Below are positions 1 to 10,186 of a stretch of 64,000 nucleotides of DNA, piece after piece (positions within the stretch are counted from its first letter, which is position 1; every line of letters begins with the position of its first letter). This stretch comes from Patescibacteria group bacterium (GTDB lineage: Bacteria; Patescibacteriota; Microgenomatia; UBA1400; PJMF01), in assembly GCA_039934415.1 (NCBI GenBank), contig JBDTME010000006.1, positions 17,206-81,205 of the forward strand. Direction: 5' to 3'. Both the position numbers and the translations under genes were made by a program. The notes under the pieces are model-generated. The model searched no databases and was not told the DNA's origin. It saw nothing but the letters and a program-made list of their open reading frames with translations.

Positions 1-1332
1 ATCTTGGAAATTGGCGGCGGCGTCTTTGAAGTCAAATCTACCAATGGCGATACGTTTTTAGGTGGTGATGACTTTGATAATAAAATCATCGACTGGATCA
101 TTGCTGAGTTTAAAAAAGAAAACAATGTTGATCTATCGAAAGATCCTCAAGCACTCCAACGTATTAAAGACGCGGCGGAAAAAGCTAAGATTGAACTATC
201 TGCAGCTGCACAAAGTGAGATCAATCAGCCATTTATCACTCAGGGGAGTGAAGGACCGTTGCATTTAACAATGACCTTAACTCGAGCCAAACTTGAAGAG
301 TTAGTTGATGATCTCGTTCAACGCACACTTGAGCCAGTTAAAAAGGCACTCAAAGATGCCGGTAAGACCGCTAAGGATATCAACGAAGTTGTCTTAGTCG
401 GTGGTATGACTCGTATGCCTAAAGTGCAAGAAGTTGTCAAGAAATTCTTTGACAAAGAACCACACAAAGGCGTCAATCCTGACGAAGTCGTAGCAGTTGG
501 TGCTGCAGTTCAAGCTGGGGTCATCGGTGGAGATGTCAAAGACGTGGTGCTGTTAGACGTTACGCCGCTCACCCTTGGTTTGGAAACACTTGGTGGTGTT
601 CGCACCGCGTTGATCGATCGTAATACGACAGTTCCAACGAGTAAGTCTCAGGTCTTTTCAACCGCTGCCGATAATCAGACACAGGTGGAGATCAATGTCT
701 TGCAAGGTGAGCGTGAGATGGCTGCCGACAATAAATCATTGGGTCGATTTATTCTGGATGGAATTCCGCCAGCACGTCGCGGTATGCCACAAGTCGAAGT
801 TACTTTTGACATCGATTCCAACGGAATTTTAAATGTGACTGCCAAAGATAAAACTTCTGGTAAAGAACAGAAAATTTCAATTCAAAACTCGACCAATCTT
901 TCTGAAGAAGAAGTTGAACGCATGAAAGCCGATGCTGAGCAACACGCTGAAGAAGATAAGTTGAAGAAAGAAACTGTTGAAGCCAGAAACCATGCTTCAC
1001 AAGTTATCTTTGAACTAGAGAAACAACTCAAAGAGTACGGCGACAAAGTCGACAAAGAAACAGTTGAGACCATTCAGAAGAATGTCGATGAACTGAAAAA
1101 ATTGGCTGAAGATCAGTCCAGTACGAAAGAACAGCTCGACAAAGCCACTGAAGAGACGTTGAACTCCGCTCAAAAAATTGGTGAGGCGATGGCCAAAGCC
1201 CAACAGGCCGCCCCATCACCAGAAGGAGCAGAAGCCACTTCACCTAATGAAAGTGCTGACGCCAATGAAGCGGAACCAAAAGAAGAGAAGAAAGACAAAG
1301 GCGATGCCGAAGAAGGCGAAGTCGTGAATTAA
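1..1332 (+). CDS. dnaK: Chaperone DnaK, C-terminal part (5' end outside window)
   Basis: Hsp70 motifs [56 protein letters not shown]. Confidence 0.98.
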   Translation: MLEIGGGVFEVKSTNGDTFLGGDDFDNKIIDWIIAEFKKENNVDLSKDPQALQRIKDAAEKAKIELSAAAQSEINQPFITQGSEGPLHLTMTLTRAKLEELVDDLVQRTLEPVKKALKDAGKTAKDINEVVLVGGMTRMPKVQEVVKKFFDKEPHKGVNPDEVVAVGAAVQAGVIGGDVKDVVLLDVTPLTLGLETLGGVRTALIDRNTTVPTSKSQVFSTAADNQTQVEINVLQGEREMAADNKSLGRFILDGIPPARRGMPQVEVTFDIDSNGILNVTAKDKTSGKEQKISIQNSTNLSEEEVERMKADAEQHAEEDKLKKETVEARNHASQVIFELEKQLKEYGDKVDKETVETIQKNVDELKKLAEDQSSTKEQLDKATEETLNSAQKIGEAMAKAQQAAPSPEGAEATSPNESADANEAEPKEEKKDKGDAEEGEVVN

Positions 1333-1352
1333 AAGAAAAATAATTATTAAAT

Positions 1353-1386
1353 AAAAAGGAGCTCAATGAACTGGGCTCCTTTTTTT
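1353..1386 (+). terminator. Rho-independent terminator after dnaK
   Basis: AAAAAGGAGCTCA-atgaac-TGGGCTCCTTTTTTT hairpin plus T-tract. Confidence 0.85.
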
Positions 1387-1428
1387 AAACTTCTTACATT
1401 CTTCAGGATTTGTTTGCTATACTCTGTG

Positions 1429-1545
1429 TATTCTTTCGGGGTTTTGTGTAAGTCAAAATCGGCGGTACACTCCGCGAGCTCCATTAGGGGCACGAGTCGG
1501 TGAAACTCCGGCAGCGACCGTATAGTCGGGATAAAAGAAAGAACA
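1429..1545 (+). promoter_or_regulatory. FMN (RFN) riboswitch aptamer
   Basis: Follows the RFN layout TCTTTCGGGG..CGGCGGTA..CCGCGAG..CGGTGAAACTCCGG..CGACCGTATAGTCGGGAT..AGAAAG. Lies upstream of a transporter and a riboflavin kinase. Confidence 0.92.
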
Positions 1546-1584
1546 GACGAGCCATCTCAAATGGCTTTGTTTGGTATTATTAAC

Positions 1585-1610
1585 ACCCCCGAAAAAGAAG
1601 GGGTTTTTTT
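1585..1610 (+). terminator. Riboswitch expression-platform terminator directly before the ATG
   Basis: ACCCCC-gaaaaagaa-GGGGTTTTTTT. The left arm is also complementary to the aptamer 5' strand TTCTTTCGGGGTT. Confidence 0.6.
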
Positions 1611-2525
1611 ATGCAAAAAATGAAAAAATTTGGATCACTGTTCATAGTGATTGCGTCTTTATTGTGGAGTTTTGACGGGATCTTGCGTCGGAGTTTGTAC
1701 TCGTTGCCACCGGCGGTGGTCGTGTTTTACGAACATGTTCTTGGTGCAATTGTGTTGCTGCCGTTTATGTATTCGCATCGAAAAGAAGTGGCTCAAATGA
1801 CTCGCAAAGAGTGGTTAGCGATTGCAGTTGTGGGTCTTTTCTCTGGAGCTTTAGGCACTATTTTTTATACTGCGGCATTGGGCAAAGTGAACTATATTCA
1901 ATTTTCAGTCGTAGTGTTGTTACAACAGCTGCAGCCGATCTGGGCTATTTTGACTGCTTCATTGCTTCTGAAAGAAAAATTGTCGCCCAAATTTTTATTT
2001 TTTGCAGTCTTGGCAATCGTGGGATCGTACTTTGTGACCTTCAAAGATTTACGTGTCGAGATTTCGCCAAATAATGCGACGTTGATCGCTGCTCTATTGG
2101 CGTTGGGAGCGGGAATGATGTGGGCGACTTCCACTTCTTTTTCCAAAATTGTTTTGAACAAAGTTTCATTTATTACGGCTACCTTTTTGCGATTCCTGTT
2201 GGCACCCATTTTTGCATTCATGTTCATCGTGGTTTTCAATCAAACAGGTGCGTTGACCCAAATTAATACGAGTCAATGGATGACATTGATCACGATCATG
2301 CTTTCAACTGGCATGGTGGCGTTACTCATTTATTATTATGGTCTTAAAAAAACACCCGCGCGGGTCAGTGCAATTTGCGAGTTGGTCTGGCCAATTTCTG
2401 CTATTTTTCTCGATTATTTTTATTTTAAAAACGGATTATCGTTTACTCAGATGATTGGGGTAGCGGTAGTGTTGTTCTCAATTTATAAAATTTCAACGCA
2501 AAAGGAACAGCATGAAATGGTATAG
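1611..2525 (+). CDS. EamA/DMT family transporter, probable riboflavin importer (RibN-like role)
   Basis: About 10 hydrophobic helices in two EamA repeats (QPIWAILTASLLLKEKL); under an FMN riboswitch. Confidence 0.85.
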   Translation: MQKMKKFGSLFIVIASLLWSFDGILRRSLYSLPPAVVVFYEHVLGAIVLLPFMYSHRKEVAQMTRKEWLAIAVVGLFSGALGTIFYTAALGKVNYIQFSVVVLLQQLQPIWAILTASLLLKEKLSPKFLFFAVLAIVGSYFVTFKDLRVEISPNNATLIAALLALGAGMMWATSTSFSKIVLNKVSFITATFLRFLLAPIFAFMFIVVFNQTGALTQINTSQWMTLITIMLSTGMVALLIYYYGLKKTPARVSAICELVWPISAIFLDYFYFKNGLSFTQMIGVAVVLFSIYKISTQKEQHEMV

Positions 2526-2889
2526 CGGGAGTGTTTTACGAGGCAAGCAAGATGGCAGAACGATTGGATTTCCGACTGTTAACTTGGACCCGTCAATTTT
2601 GAATGAAGACATTTCTGAAATCCAGCCAGGTATTTACGCTTCTCAAGTAAGAGTTCATGATGAAGTATGTTTAGGTGCTTTATACATCGGTCCACGATTA
2701 GTAAAAAATGAGACGCATACCGTGCTAGAAATTTTTATCCTTGACTTTGATCAAGAGATTTACGATGAATCGATTGAGTTTACTGTGGAAAAGTTTATTC
2801 GTGGAGTTGAGAATTTCACATCAATGGATGAGATGATGATTCGAATCAAGCAGGATGTGAAGGAAGTGAGGGAGTTTTTTAAAGCTTGA
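2512..2889 (+). CDS. Stand-alone riboflavin kinase (RibF C-terminal domain)
   Basis: G..GRTIGFPTVNL, PGIYA, IGPR, E.FILDFDQEIY, FIRG..F..M..I..DV motifs. Confidence 0.93.
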   Translation: MKWYSGSVLRGKQDGRTIGFPTVNLDPSILNEDISEIQPGIYASQVRVHDEVCLGALYIGPRLVKNETHTVLEIFILDFDQEIYDESIEFTVEKFIRGVENFTSMDEMMIRIKQDVKEVREFFKA

Positions 2890-2984
2890 CGTCTCTTATA
2901 TTGTAGTAAGAACAATAAAATTACCGCATAAAATCCGAATCTTTGTGATATAAATAAGTTAGTATTTTTCTCATAGGAGCAGCC

Positions 2985-3803
2985 ATGGGAGACAGAGTTT
3001 TATCCAAATTAGAGCTTACTGATTTTGAATCAATTAAAAGAATTGATGAGGAAGATAATGAATACTGGTTTGCACGAGAACTGATGCCACTGCTCGAGTA
3101 TACGAAGTGGCAGAATTTCCATGAAACGGTTATTCAAAATGCAATTGAATCGTGTAAAAAATCTGGTCAATCAGTCCAAAACCATTTTACTGACATCAGT
3201 AAAATGGTTGATATAGGTTCCAACACTCAGAGGTCGCAACTTGATTACAAACTTTCTCGCTATGCTTGTTATTTAATTGCTCAAAATGGTGATCCACGGA
3301 AAAAGGCAATTGCGTTAGCTCAGACTTATTTTGCGATACAAGCTCGGAGGCAAGAACTTCTTGAAAAATTGAGTGAAGATGAAAAAAGACTTTTCATTCG
3401 CAATGAAGTTACTGTCCAGAATAAACAATTGTTTAACACCGCCAAAAAAGCTGGGGTCAAAAATTTTGCACACTTTAATGAGGCTGGTTATCAAGGACTT
3501 TATGGTATGACTTCAGAAAAAGTCAAAGAGAAGAAACAGATAGGGAAAGATCGTATCATTGATCGGGCAGGGGCGACTGAATTAGCAGCAAATCTATTTC
3601 GAATAACTCAAACTGATGAGAAAATAAATAGAGAGAATACGAATGGAGAAGGAAAAGCCACATTTGCACATCGTTTTGTTGGGAGGCAGGTTCGAGATAC
3701 GATGAAAAAAATTAGTGGAGTTTATCCAGAAGATCTTCCCTCAGAACAACATATTAAAAAAATAAATCCTGGTCAACAAGATCTTCTGAACGACCCAGAC
3801 TAG
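2985..3803 (+). CDS. dinD: DNA-damage-inducible protein D (Bro-N/DinD)
   Basis: FESIK..EYWFAREL, DYKLSRYACYLIAQNGDPRK, AQTYFA, ELAANLFRITQT. Confidence 0.93.
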   Translation: MGDRVLSKLELTDFESIKRIDEEDNEYWFARELMPLLEYTKWQNFHETVIQNAIESCKKSGQSVQNHFTDISKMVDIGSNTQRSQLDYKLSRYACYLIAQNGDPRKKAIALAQTYFAIQARRQELLEKLSEDEKRLFIRNEVTVQNKQLFNTAKKAGVKNFAHFNEAGYQGLYGMTSEKVKEKKQIGKDRIIDRAGATELAANLFRITQTDEKINRENTNGEGKATFAHRFVGRQVRDTMKKISGVYPEDLPSEQHIKKINPGQQDLLNDPD

Positions 3804-3858
3804 AGGAAGTAAGCTAAGTAATTTTACTTAAACCACTCTTCTTTTTCCCCTTTCAAAT

Positions 3859-3885
3859 TTAGCACTATTTTTGATATACTGCTAG
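3859..3885 (+). promoter_or_regulatory. Degenerate CIRCE (HrcA operator) overlapping the extended -10 of dnaJ
   Basis: TTAGCACTA-N9-TACTGCTAG versus consensus TTAGCACTC-N9-GAGTGCTAA; TGATATACT lies inside it. Confidence 0.55.
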
Positions 3886-3888
3886 ATC

Positions 3889-4770
3889 ATGGCTTCCAAA
3901 CGTGATTACTATGAAATTTTAGGTGTAGATAAAAAGGCTTCAGAGGCTGATATTAAGGCTGCCTATCGGAAGATGGCTCTGAAGTGGCATCCAGATCGCA
4001 ATGCAGATAATAAGAAGGGTGCCGAGGAAAAATTTAAAGAGATTAACGAAGCCTACCAAGTTCTCTCAGATAAACAGAAAAAGCAGTCATACGACCAGTT
4101 TGGCCACGCTGCCTTTGAGAATGGTGGTGGAGGAGGAGCGGCTGGGAATCCATTTGCTGGCGGTTTCCGGACGGGTCCGTTTCAGTGGTCGTATCAATCA
4201 AGTAGTGACGGAAATCCTTTTGAAGGTTTTGGTGGTGATGCAGGTTTTGGCGATCCTTTTGACATCTTCGAGCAATTCTTTGGTGGAAGTGCGGGAGGAT
4301 TTAACCGACAACGCAAACCTCGATACTCACTTCGTATAGAGTTCATGGAAGCAGTTAAAGGTGTTGAAAAAACGGTGGTAATTCAGGGTAAAGAACATAA
4401 GATTAAAATCCCAGCTGGAGCTTCAGAAGGGGTCCGGATTCAGTTTGATGATTTTGAAGTGACGATTGATGTCAAACCTGATGCCCGATTCACTCGAGAA
4501 GGCAATGATTTATTTATTGAAGAGGACGTGCCTTTAGTTACTGCCATCATCGGTGGTGAGATTGAGGTTCCCACTGTCAATAATCCTATCAAAATGAAGG
4601 TCAAAGCGGGTACCCAACCGAACTCATTAGTTCGCTTGCGCGGCGAAGGAGTTCCTCATCTTCGAGGTCATGGCAAAGGTGACCTCTACATTCGTCTCAA
4701 AGTCAAAATTCCCGAGCGTCTAACCGGTCGCCAACGAGAATTACTTCGCCAGTTTGACCAAGCATCCTGA
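3889..4770 (+). CDS. dnaJ: DnaJ class B chaperone (no zinc finger)
   Basis: J-domain with HPD, G/F-rich region, DIFEQFFG and C-terminal domain; no CxxCxGxG repeats. Confidence 0.92.
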   Translation: MASKRDYYEILGVDKKASEADIKAAYRKMALKWHPDRNADNKKGAEEKFKEINEAYQVLSDKQKKQSYDQFGHAAFENGGGGGAAGNPFAGGFRTGPFQWSYQSSSDGNPFEGFGGDAGFGDPFDIFEQFFGGSAGGFNRQRKPRYSLRIEFMEAVKGVEKTVVIQGKEHKIKIPAGASEGVRIQFDDFEVTIDVKPDARFTREGNDLFIEEDVPLVTAIIGGEIEVPTVNNPIKMKVKAGTQPNSLVRLRGEGVPHLRGHGKGDLYIRLKVKIPERLTGRQRELLRQFDQAS

Positions 4771-4815
4771 GAGTGGTAGAATACAGCCTATAATTTTTTA
4801 CTATACTAACTGCCC

Positions 4816-5088
4816 ATGCCTGCCGAATCTTGTCCTCATTTAGTACCCCCCAATCTAAGTAACATTGAAAAAAGAATGCATGAGTTGCAAAAGGCGTTTA
4901 ACGACGGTCAGCTGTTGGAGTATCTTTTAAACTTCACTAAATTTCATCGTTCTCTTGAGGTGTACCTACTCAGAGATGAAGTAAAAAAAAGAATTAAGAA
5001 TATTCGAGCAGAAGAACTCACTGAATTAATGGTAGAAATCTCAAAACTAATGAATGAAGAAGCTGCTTCAGATCGCAATATTCAATAA
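4816..5088 (+). CDS. Hypothetical protein
   Basis: 90-aa ORF; TATACT -10 box 8 nt upstream of the ATG. Confidence 0.5.
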   Translation: MPAESCPHLVPPNLSNIEKRMHELQKAFNDGQLLEYLLNFTKFHRSLEVYLLRDEVKKRIKNIRAEELTELMVEISKLMNEEAASDRNIQ

Positions 5089-5091
5089 AGT

Positions 5092-5745
5092 CTACTGCGT
5101 TTGGTCGGTGTCCACTTGAGGGGTTTCTGGATTAATCGCAGTATTTTGTTGATTCTCCAAATGTTGAGTGAGTCTTACAATACCAGAGGTTTCAATAGCT
5201 TTTTTGCGCTTCTTAATCTGTTCAGTGTCAAAATCCGGGTCAGCGTCATGTTTTATTTCATCAACAATTCTTTGCACACGAACCAACTCCGTAGGATTGA
5301 GTGCATCGAAACTTTTTTTCATTACGCCCTGTGCAACCCGTTCTAACAATGCGTCCGTCTGGTTTTTAGCATTAAACAAATCAAGTAAAGTCTGAGTACC
5401 TTCATCTACTTGTGGAACTTTGTTGACTTGTTTATCAGTTTCTACGATTGGATTTGGTTCAGTAGGTGATTCACTAGTGCTTGTAGCAGTACTAATAGGA
5501 ATATTCTCCTGGTTTGCTCTTGCGATTGCATTATCGACAATGGCGTTATATTCCTCAATTAAAGCGCTGACTGGTTTTTTTTCAGGCACGTCTGCTTTAC
5601 CTTCTTTTGCTCTTTGCGCTGCATTTAGATCTCTTGCTTTCATGACTTGTTCGTCAATAGCAATATCAAAACGTGTTCTGAGATTAGTCTTTTTGTCTTG
5701 GGTTACTCCATTATTAACTGGAGTTTCTAGGGTGGTTGTTGCCAT
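5092..5745 (-). CDS. Hypothetical protein (low-complexity, helical)
   Basis: 217-aa ORF filling the gap between the 90-aa ORF and the nusA promoter. Confidence 0.65.
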   Translation of the reverse strand: MATTTLETPVNNGVTQDKKTNLRTRFDIAIDEQVMKARDLNAAQRAKEGKADVPEKKPVSALIEEYNAIVDNAIARANQENIPISTATSTSESPTEPNPIVETDKQVNKVPQVDEGTQTLLDLFNAKNQTDALLERVAQGVMKKSFDALNPTELVRVQRIVDEIKHDADPDFDTEQIKKRKKAIETSGIVRLTQHLENQQNTAINPETPQVDTDQTQ

Positions 5746-5853
5746 ATGTCCCCAATATAGGAGTAGTTGCGCAGATTGTCAATGCAATGGCGCTTAGCAT
5801 GGTCTTTTGCCTTGATCTTTTGACGGATCTTGCTATAATGTATCTGGTAGATG

Positions 5854-5880
5854 AAGAGGTGGGGTGACCCATCTTTTTTT
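5854..5880 (+). promoter_or_regulatory. nusA leader attenuator hairpin (rimP/nusA-leader-like)
   Basis: AAGAGGTGGG-gtga-CCCATCTTTTTTT just after a TGCTATAAT promoter (5831-5839). Confidence 0.65.
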
Positions 5881-5995
5881 ATAGTTATTTAAAATTTGAT
5901 CTTGTTTATTCTGGCTCATCACATTCGCCAGAGATTCACGATCTGACTTGATCGATTTGAAAAGTATCTCAATCGAGTCAACCATCCGGAGTCGT

Positions 5996-7285
5996 ATGCC
6001 AAAAACTAAGAAACAAATCCAACAGCAGATGGTTCGCACTGAGTTCGCCGCTGCTATTAGTCAGATTGCCAAAGAGCGCAAGATCGAGCCAGAGAAAATC
6101 GTGAGTTCGATTGAAGAGGCGTTGGTTGCTGCGTATCGCAAAGATCAAAATATCATTGTTGAGAGAGACGAAGAAGGCAATGAACTGTATCCAAAGCACA
6201 CTGCCAAAGTTGATCAAAATTCTGGTGAATCTAGAATCTTCTTGATGGATAGTGAAAGTGCCGAACCAAAGGATGTAACTCCTCCAGGTTTTGGTCGTAT
6301 TGCAGCTCAAACTGCCAAACAAGTCATTCTCCAAAAAATTCGAGAAGCTGAAAAAGATTCAATCATTCAAGATTACTCAGGTCGTTTGGGTGAGATCGTT
6401 TCTGGTATGGTGCTGCGCATGGACGGCAAGAATGTCATCATCGACATCGGTCGTGGTCAAGGTGTCATGCCTCCTGAAGAACAGATGCGTGGTGAGTTCT
6501 ATAAGATGAATAGTCGAATCACTGTTTTTATTAAAGATATTCGAGAGACGTACAAAGGCCAGGCCATTATCGTTTCTCGCAGTGACAAGCAAGTTGTTTC
6601 CAAATTATTTGAGCGCGAAGTTCCAGAAGTAGCTTCTGGTGTGGTCAAAGTCAAAGCCGTTGCTCGTGAGGCGGGTGTTCGTTCCAAAATTGCCGTGTTC
6701 ACTGATCAATCAGGTGTTGATCCAGTTGGTGCATGTGTCGGTCAAAAAGGCGTTCGTGTCCAAGAAGTCATCAAAGAGTTAAATAACGAAAAAGTTGACA
6801 TCATCCCTTATTCCGAAGATATTAAAATGTACTTGGCCGCTGCCTTAGCACCAGCCGAGAGTCTTTCGATTGATTGGAATGAAGCTGAAAAAACCGCTGT
6901 CGTAACTGCTCCAGATGACCAACTCTCTTTAGCGATTGGTCGAGGTGGCCAAAATGTTCGATTAGCTGCGAAATTAACTGGGTATAAAATTTCTATCAAA
7001 TCCAAATCAGGTGAAGAAAAAGTGAACGTTACTGGTCAAGAAGAGTATGAAATTGACCAACAAATTGATGGCATTACCCCTGAAGTTCGGGCAGTATTGA
7101 TCCAAAATCGCTTGACGACTCTAGAGGATTTGCGCTACCGTAAGGAGAAGTGGATGCTTTTTGATCAAATTCCAGAAGATCAGAAAGAATTATTGAGCAA
7201 CGCAGTTGAAAAATACGAAGGTGAACTTGTGAAACGCGAAAGTGAGCGAGCAGCAGCCGCTGTAGTCGAGCCAAAAGCAGAGTAA
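5996..7285 (+). CDS. nusA: Transcription termination/antitermination factor NusA
   Basis: FGRIAAQTAKQVILQKIREAE, S1 and KH domains (AREAGVRSKIAV, AIGRGGQNVRLAAKLTG). ATG 5996 preferred over TTG 5948. Confidence 0.97.
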   Translation: MPKTKKQIQQQMVRTEFAAAISQIAKERKIEPEKIVSSIEEALVAAYRKDQNIIVERDEEGNELYPKHTAKVDQNSGESRIFLMDSESAEPKDVTPPGFGRIAAQTAKQVILQKIREAEKDSIIQDYSGRLGEIVSGMVLRMDGKNVIIDIGRGQGVMPPEEQMRGEFYKMNSRITVFIKDIRETYKGQAIIVSRSDKQVVSKLFEREVPEVASGVVKVKAVAREAGVRSKIAVFTDQSGVDPVGACVGQKGVRVQEVIKELNNEKVDIIPYSEDIKMYLAAALAPAESLSIDWNEAEKTAVVTAPDDQLSLAIGRGGQNVRLAAKLTGYKISIKSKSGEEKVNVTGQEEYEIDQQIDGITPEVRAVLIQNRLTTLEDLRYRKEKWMLFDQIPEDQKELLSNAVEKYEGELVKRESERAAAAVVEPKAE

Positions 7286-7319
7286 AAACTGTACACGTTT
7301 TCAATTTAGAAAATACATT

Positions 7320-8756
7320 ATGTCATTACAATCTCGACCACCAGTCGTTACCATCATGGGGCATGTCGATCACGGCAAGACCTCTTTGTTGGATTACATC
7401 CGCAAGACGAAAGTCGCTGCAGGTGAGGCCGGTGGAATCACACAGCACGTTGGTGCGTATCAAGCCGAGCACAAAGGCAAGAAAATCACTTTTATCGATA
7501 CCCCAGGTCATGCCGCGTTTTCTAAAATGCGTTCTCGTGGAGCAGCCGTTACCGATATCGTAATCTTGGTTGTTGCAGCTGATGATGGCGTCAAACCACA
7601 AACAGTCGAGTCAATTCAACATATCCAAGCAGCCAATGTGCCAGTTATAGTGGCTATTACTAAAGTTGATTTACCTACTGCCTCAGCTGAGATGGTCAAA
7701 GCCCAACTCACTGAACATGGGATTAGCGTCAATGGGTATGGTGGTGACGTCGACGCAGTTGAGATTAGTGTCAAAACTGGTAAAGGAGTTGACGATTTAC
7801 TGGAAACCATTCAAGTTATGGCTGAGTTAAATGAGATTACAGCCGATCCCGCAGCGCCACTCAATGCCATTGTGATCGAGTCAGTTCGCGATGCAGCGTC
7901 TGGTGCTCAAGCCACAGTGTTAGTTAAAGAAGGCACCTTGAATGCTCGTGATATGGTTTATACCTTAACAGCATCAGGCAAAGTGAAACGCATGACTGAC
8001 GCACTTGGTAAAACAATCAGTTCAGCCACGCCTTCAATGCCTGCCGTTATTTTAGGTTTTGAATCGACACCGATGGTGGGTGAAGTCGTAACGACGACTC
8101 CCTCGACTGAAGTTGCTGAAGACATTGCAGTCCCTACCGATAATTTTTCACTCGAAAGTATTTTGAATCAAAATAATCCTAAGTTAAATTTGATCATAAA
8201 GTCCGATACTGTTGGTACTTTACAAGCACTTCAACAACAGCTGACTGAAGAGGTCTTGCTCGTTTCCAGTGGAGTAGGGGCGATTACTGAAACAGACGTG
8301 TTGTTAGCTGAAACCACTCACTCTCAGATCATGGGTTTCAATGTTAAATATACAAAGACTTTACAGAAACTAGCGGAAGAACGCGACGTTCGAGTCAAAG
8401 TATTCAAAATCATTTACGAATTGCTCGAAAATTTACAGAAACAGGTGTTGAAAATCATGGAGCCTACGATTGATGAAGAAGTTGTAGGTGAAGCAACTAT
8501 TAGTCAGATTTTTGATATGAAAGGTGAACGTATCGCTGGAGTAAAAATCACTAAAGGCAAAATCAAGAAAACCGACCTCGTCCATCTGAAACGCGCTGAT
8601 ATCATCATCGCTGATCCAAAAATAAAAACCATGCAGCACGGCAAAGACCAGATCGAAAAAGCCGAAGTCGGTGAAGAGTGCGGAATCGTCTTTACTCGCT
8701 TTTCAAATCTCCAAGTTGGCGACGTAGTCTCCGCCTACATCAAAAAAGACGACTAA
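7320..8756 (+). CDS. infB: Translation initiation factor IF-2 (no N-terminal extension)
   Basis: RPPVVTIMGHVDHGKTSLLD, EAGGITQH, DTPGHAAF. Confidence 0.97.
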   Translation: MSLQSRPPVVTIMGHVDHGKTSLLDYIRKTKVAAGEAGGITQHVGAYQAEHKGKKITFIDTPGHAAFSKMRSRGAAVTDIVILVVAADDGVKPQTVESIQHIQAANVPVIVAITKVDLPTASAEMVKAQLTEHGISVNGYGGDVDAVEISVKTGKGVDDLLETIQVMAELNEITADPAAPLNAIVIESVRDAASGAQATVLVKEGTLNARDMVYTLTASGKVKRMTDALGKTISSATPSMPAVILGFESTPMVGEVVTTTPSTEVAEDIAVPTDNFSLESILNQNNPKLNLIIKSDTVGTLQALQQQLTEEVLLVSSGVGAITETDVLLAETTHSQIMGFNVKYTKTLQKLAEERDVRVKVFKIIYELLENLQKQVLKIMEPTIDEEVVGEATISQIFDMKGERIAGVKITKGKIKKTDLVHLKRADIIIADPKIKTMQHGKDQIEKAEVGEECGIVFTRFSNLQVGDVVSAYIKKDD

Positions 8757-8925
8757 GTTTTCCGACTACATCAACCTTCAGCCCTTCCTCTTGCATTTTC
8801 GCTGATTGATCAGTACACTTTTGATTATCTTGATAGACTTTTAAAATCAAGATAATCAGTTCGCGAGGATCAAGTGAATGTCATGAACTTGACCAAGTCG
8901 AACAATAACTAATTAAGGTACTTTA

Positions 8926-9792
8926 ATGTTTTCAGCCGAAGATCAAGCGTCACTTCAAAAAACTTTACAAACTGCTCAATCTTATCTTATTATTCTTCGT
9001 TCCAATCCTTCTTTTGATCAAGCCGCAGCGGCGTTTGCTTTGACCACGTTGCTTCAGTCAGCCAAAAAACAGTGTCATTTGGCTTGCGAAAGAAAGTTGC
9101 CAGATGCATTTAATACATTGTCCGGTTTTGATTTGGTAAATGAAAACGTTGGTAATCAGAGTTTGGATATTACGTTTGATTACAATGAAGATATGGTCGA
9201 GAACGTCAGTTACAACATCGACCAGGCAACGCAAAAATTTCATTTGATCGTCAAACCCAAGCGAGGCCACCATGGCCTTGATCCCACGACAGTAGAGTAT
9301 TCTCAAGTTGGCATCGACGCAGATGCCATTTTTTTAATTGGAGTTTCGTCCTTTGACCAGATTAAGAACTTTTACGAACAAGATGAAACAGCTTTTACTC
9401 AAGCCCATACCATTGCGGTAAATCGTCAAGTCACTACCTATGCCCAAACCAACGTCGATACCTCCGAATATACTTCCAATTCTGAGTGGCTCATCACTCT
9501 AGTTGGCTTGTGGCAACTCCCACTAACCTCGGAATTGGCTACCAATATTTTGGCTGGCATCGAGTCTGCCACTGATTCATTCCGTCAGGCTTCTGTCACT
9601 GCCGACACCTTTCAAATCGTCGCTGATCTGATGCGAGCTGGTGCACATCGTTTGAAACTTGCACCAACGCAACAATCATCCACCTCGAGTTTAGCGGCAG
9701 CGTTTGCCAAAAAACCCAATACCTCAGTCATCTCACAATCGGTCAAATCTCAGGTACAAATGCCGTCCCAGTACAACCCTCCAACTCGTTAA
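8926..9792 (+). CDS. Degenerate DHH/NrnA-like phosphoesterase homolog
   Basis: Position after infB; N-terminal P..D..AAAFAL and C-terminal ATNILAGIESATDSF..TF...A.L...GA; the DHH motif itself is absent. Confidence 0.6.
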   Translation: MFSAEDQASLQKTLQTAQSYLIILRSNPSFDQAAAAFALTTLLQSAKKQCHLACERKLPDAFNTLSGFDLVNENVGNQSLDITFDYNEDMVENVSYNIDQATQKFHLIVKPKRGHHGLDPTTVEYSQVGIDADAIFLIGVSSFDQIKNFYEQDETAFTQAHTIAVNRQVTTYAQTNVDTSEYTSNSEWLITLVGLWQLPLTSELATNILAGIESATDSFRQASVTADTFQIVADLMRAGAHRLKLAPTQQSSTSSLAAAFAKKPNTSVISQSVKSQVQMPSQYNPPTR

Positions 9793-9916
9793 GTTGGCCT
9801 ATTGGCCTTTTCCCAGACTATCTGATATAATTCGATCATCTTTTATAAAGTACTTTGCCAAGAGGGTTTAATACTCTCTGGCTAAGGGGCCTCCACTAAA
9901 GGTGGAGTGAACATAT

Positions 9917-10186
9917 ATGGCACTCGATACAACGGTTAAACAAACAATCATCAAACAGTTTGCTCAAGGTGATGGCGACACAGGTTCTCCAGAAGTGCAA
10001 GTCGCGCTTTTAACCCACTCGATCAACGACCTCACTGATCATCTCAAAAAACACAAAAAAGACAATCACTCCCGCAAAGGTCTCTTAAAACAGGTAGCTA
10101 AACGCCGCAGATTACTTAATTTCTTAAAGCGCAAAGATGACAAACGCTTTGAAAAATTGATTGCAGAGCTTAAGATTAAAGGGTAA
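9917..10186 (+). CDS. rpsO: 30S ribosomal protein S15
   Basis: [29 protein letters not shown]. Confidence 0.98.
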   Translation: MALDTTVKQTIIKQFAQGDGDTGSPEVQVALLTHSINDLTDHLKKHKKDNHSRKGLLKQVAKRRRLLNFLKRKDDKRFEKLIAELKIKG

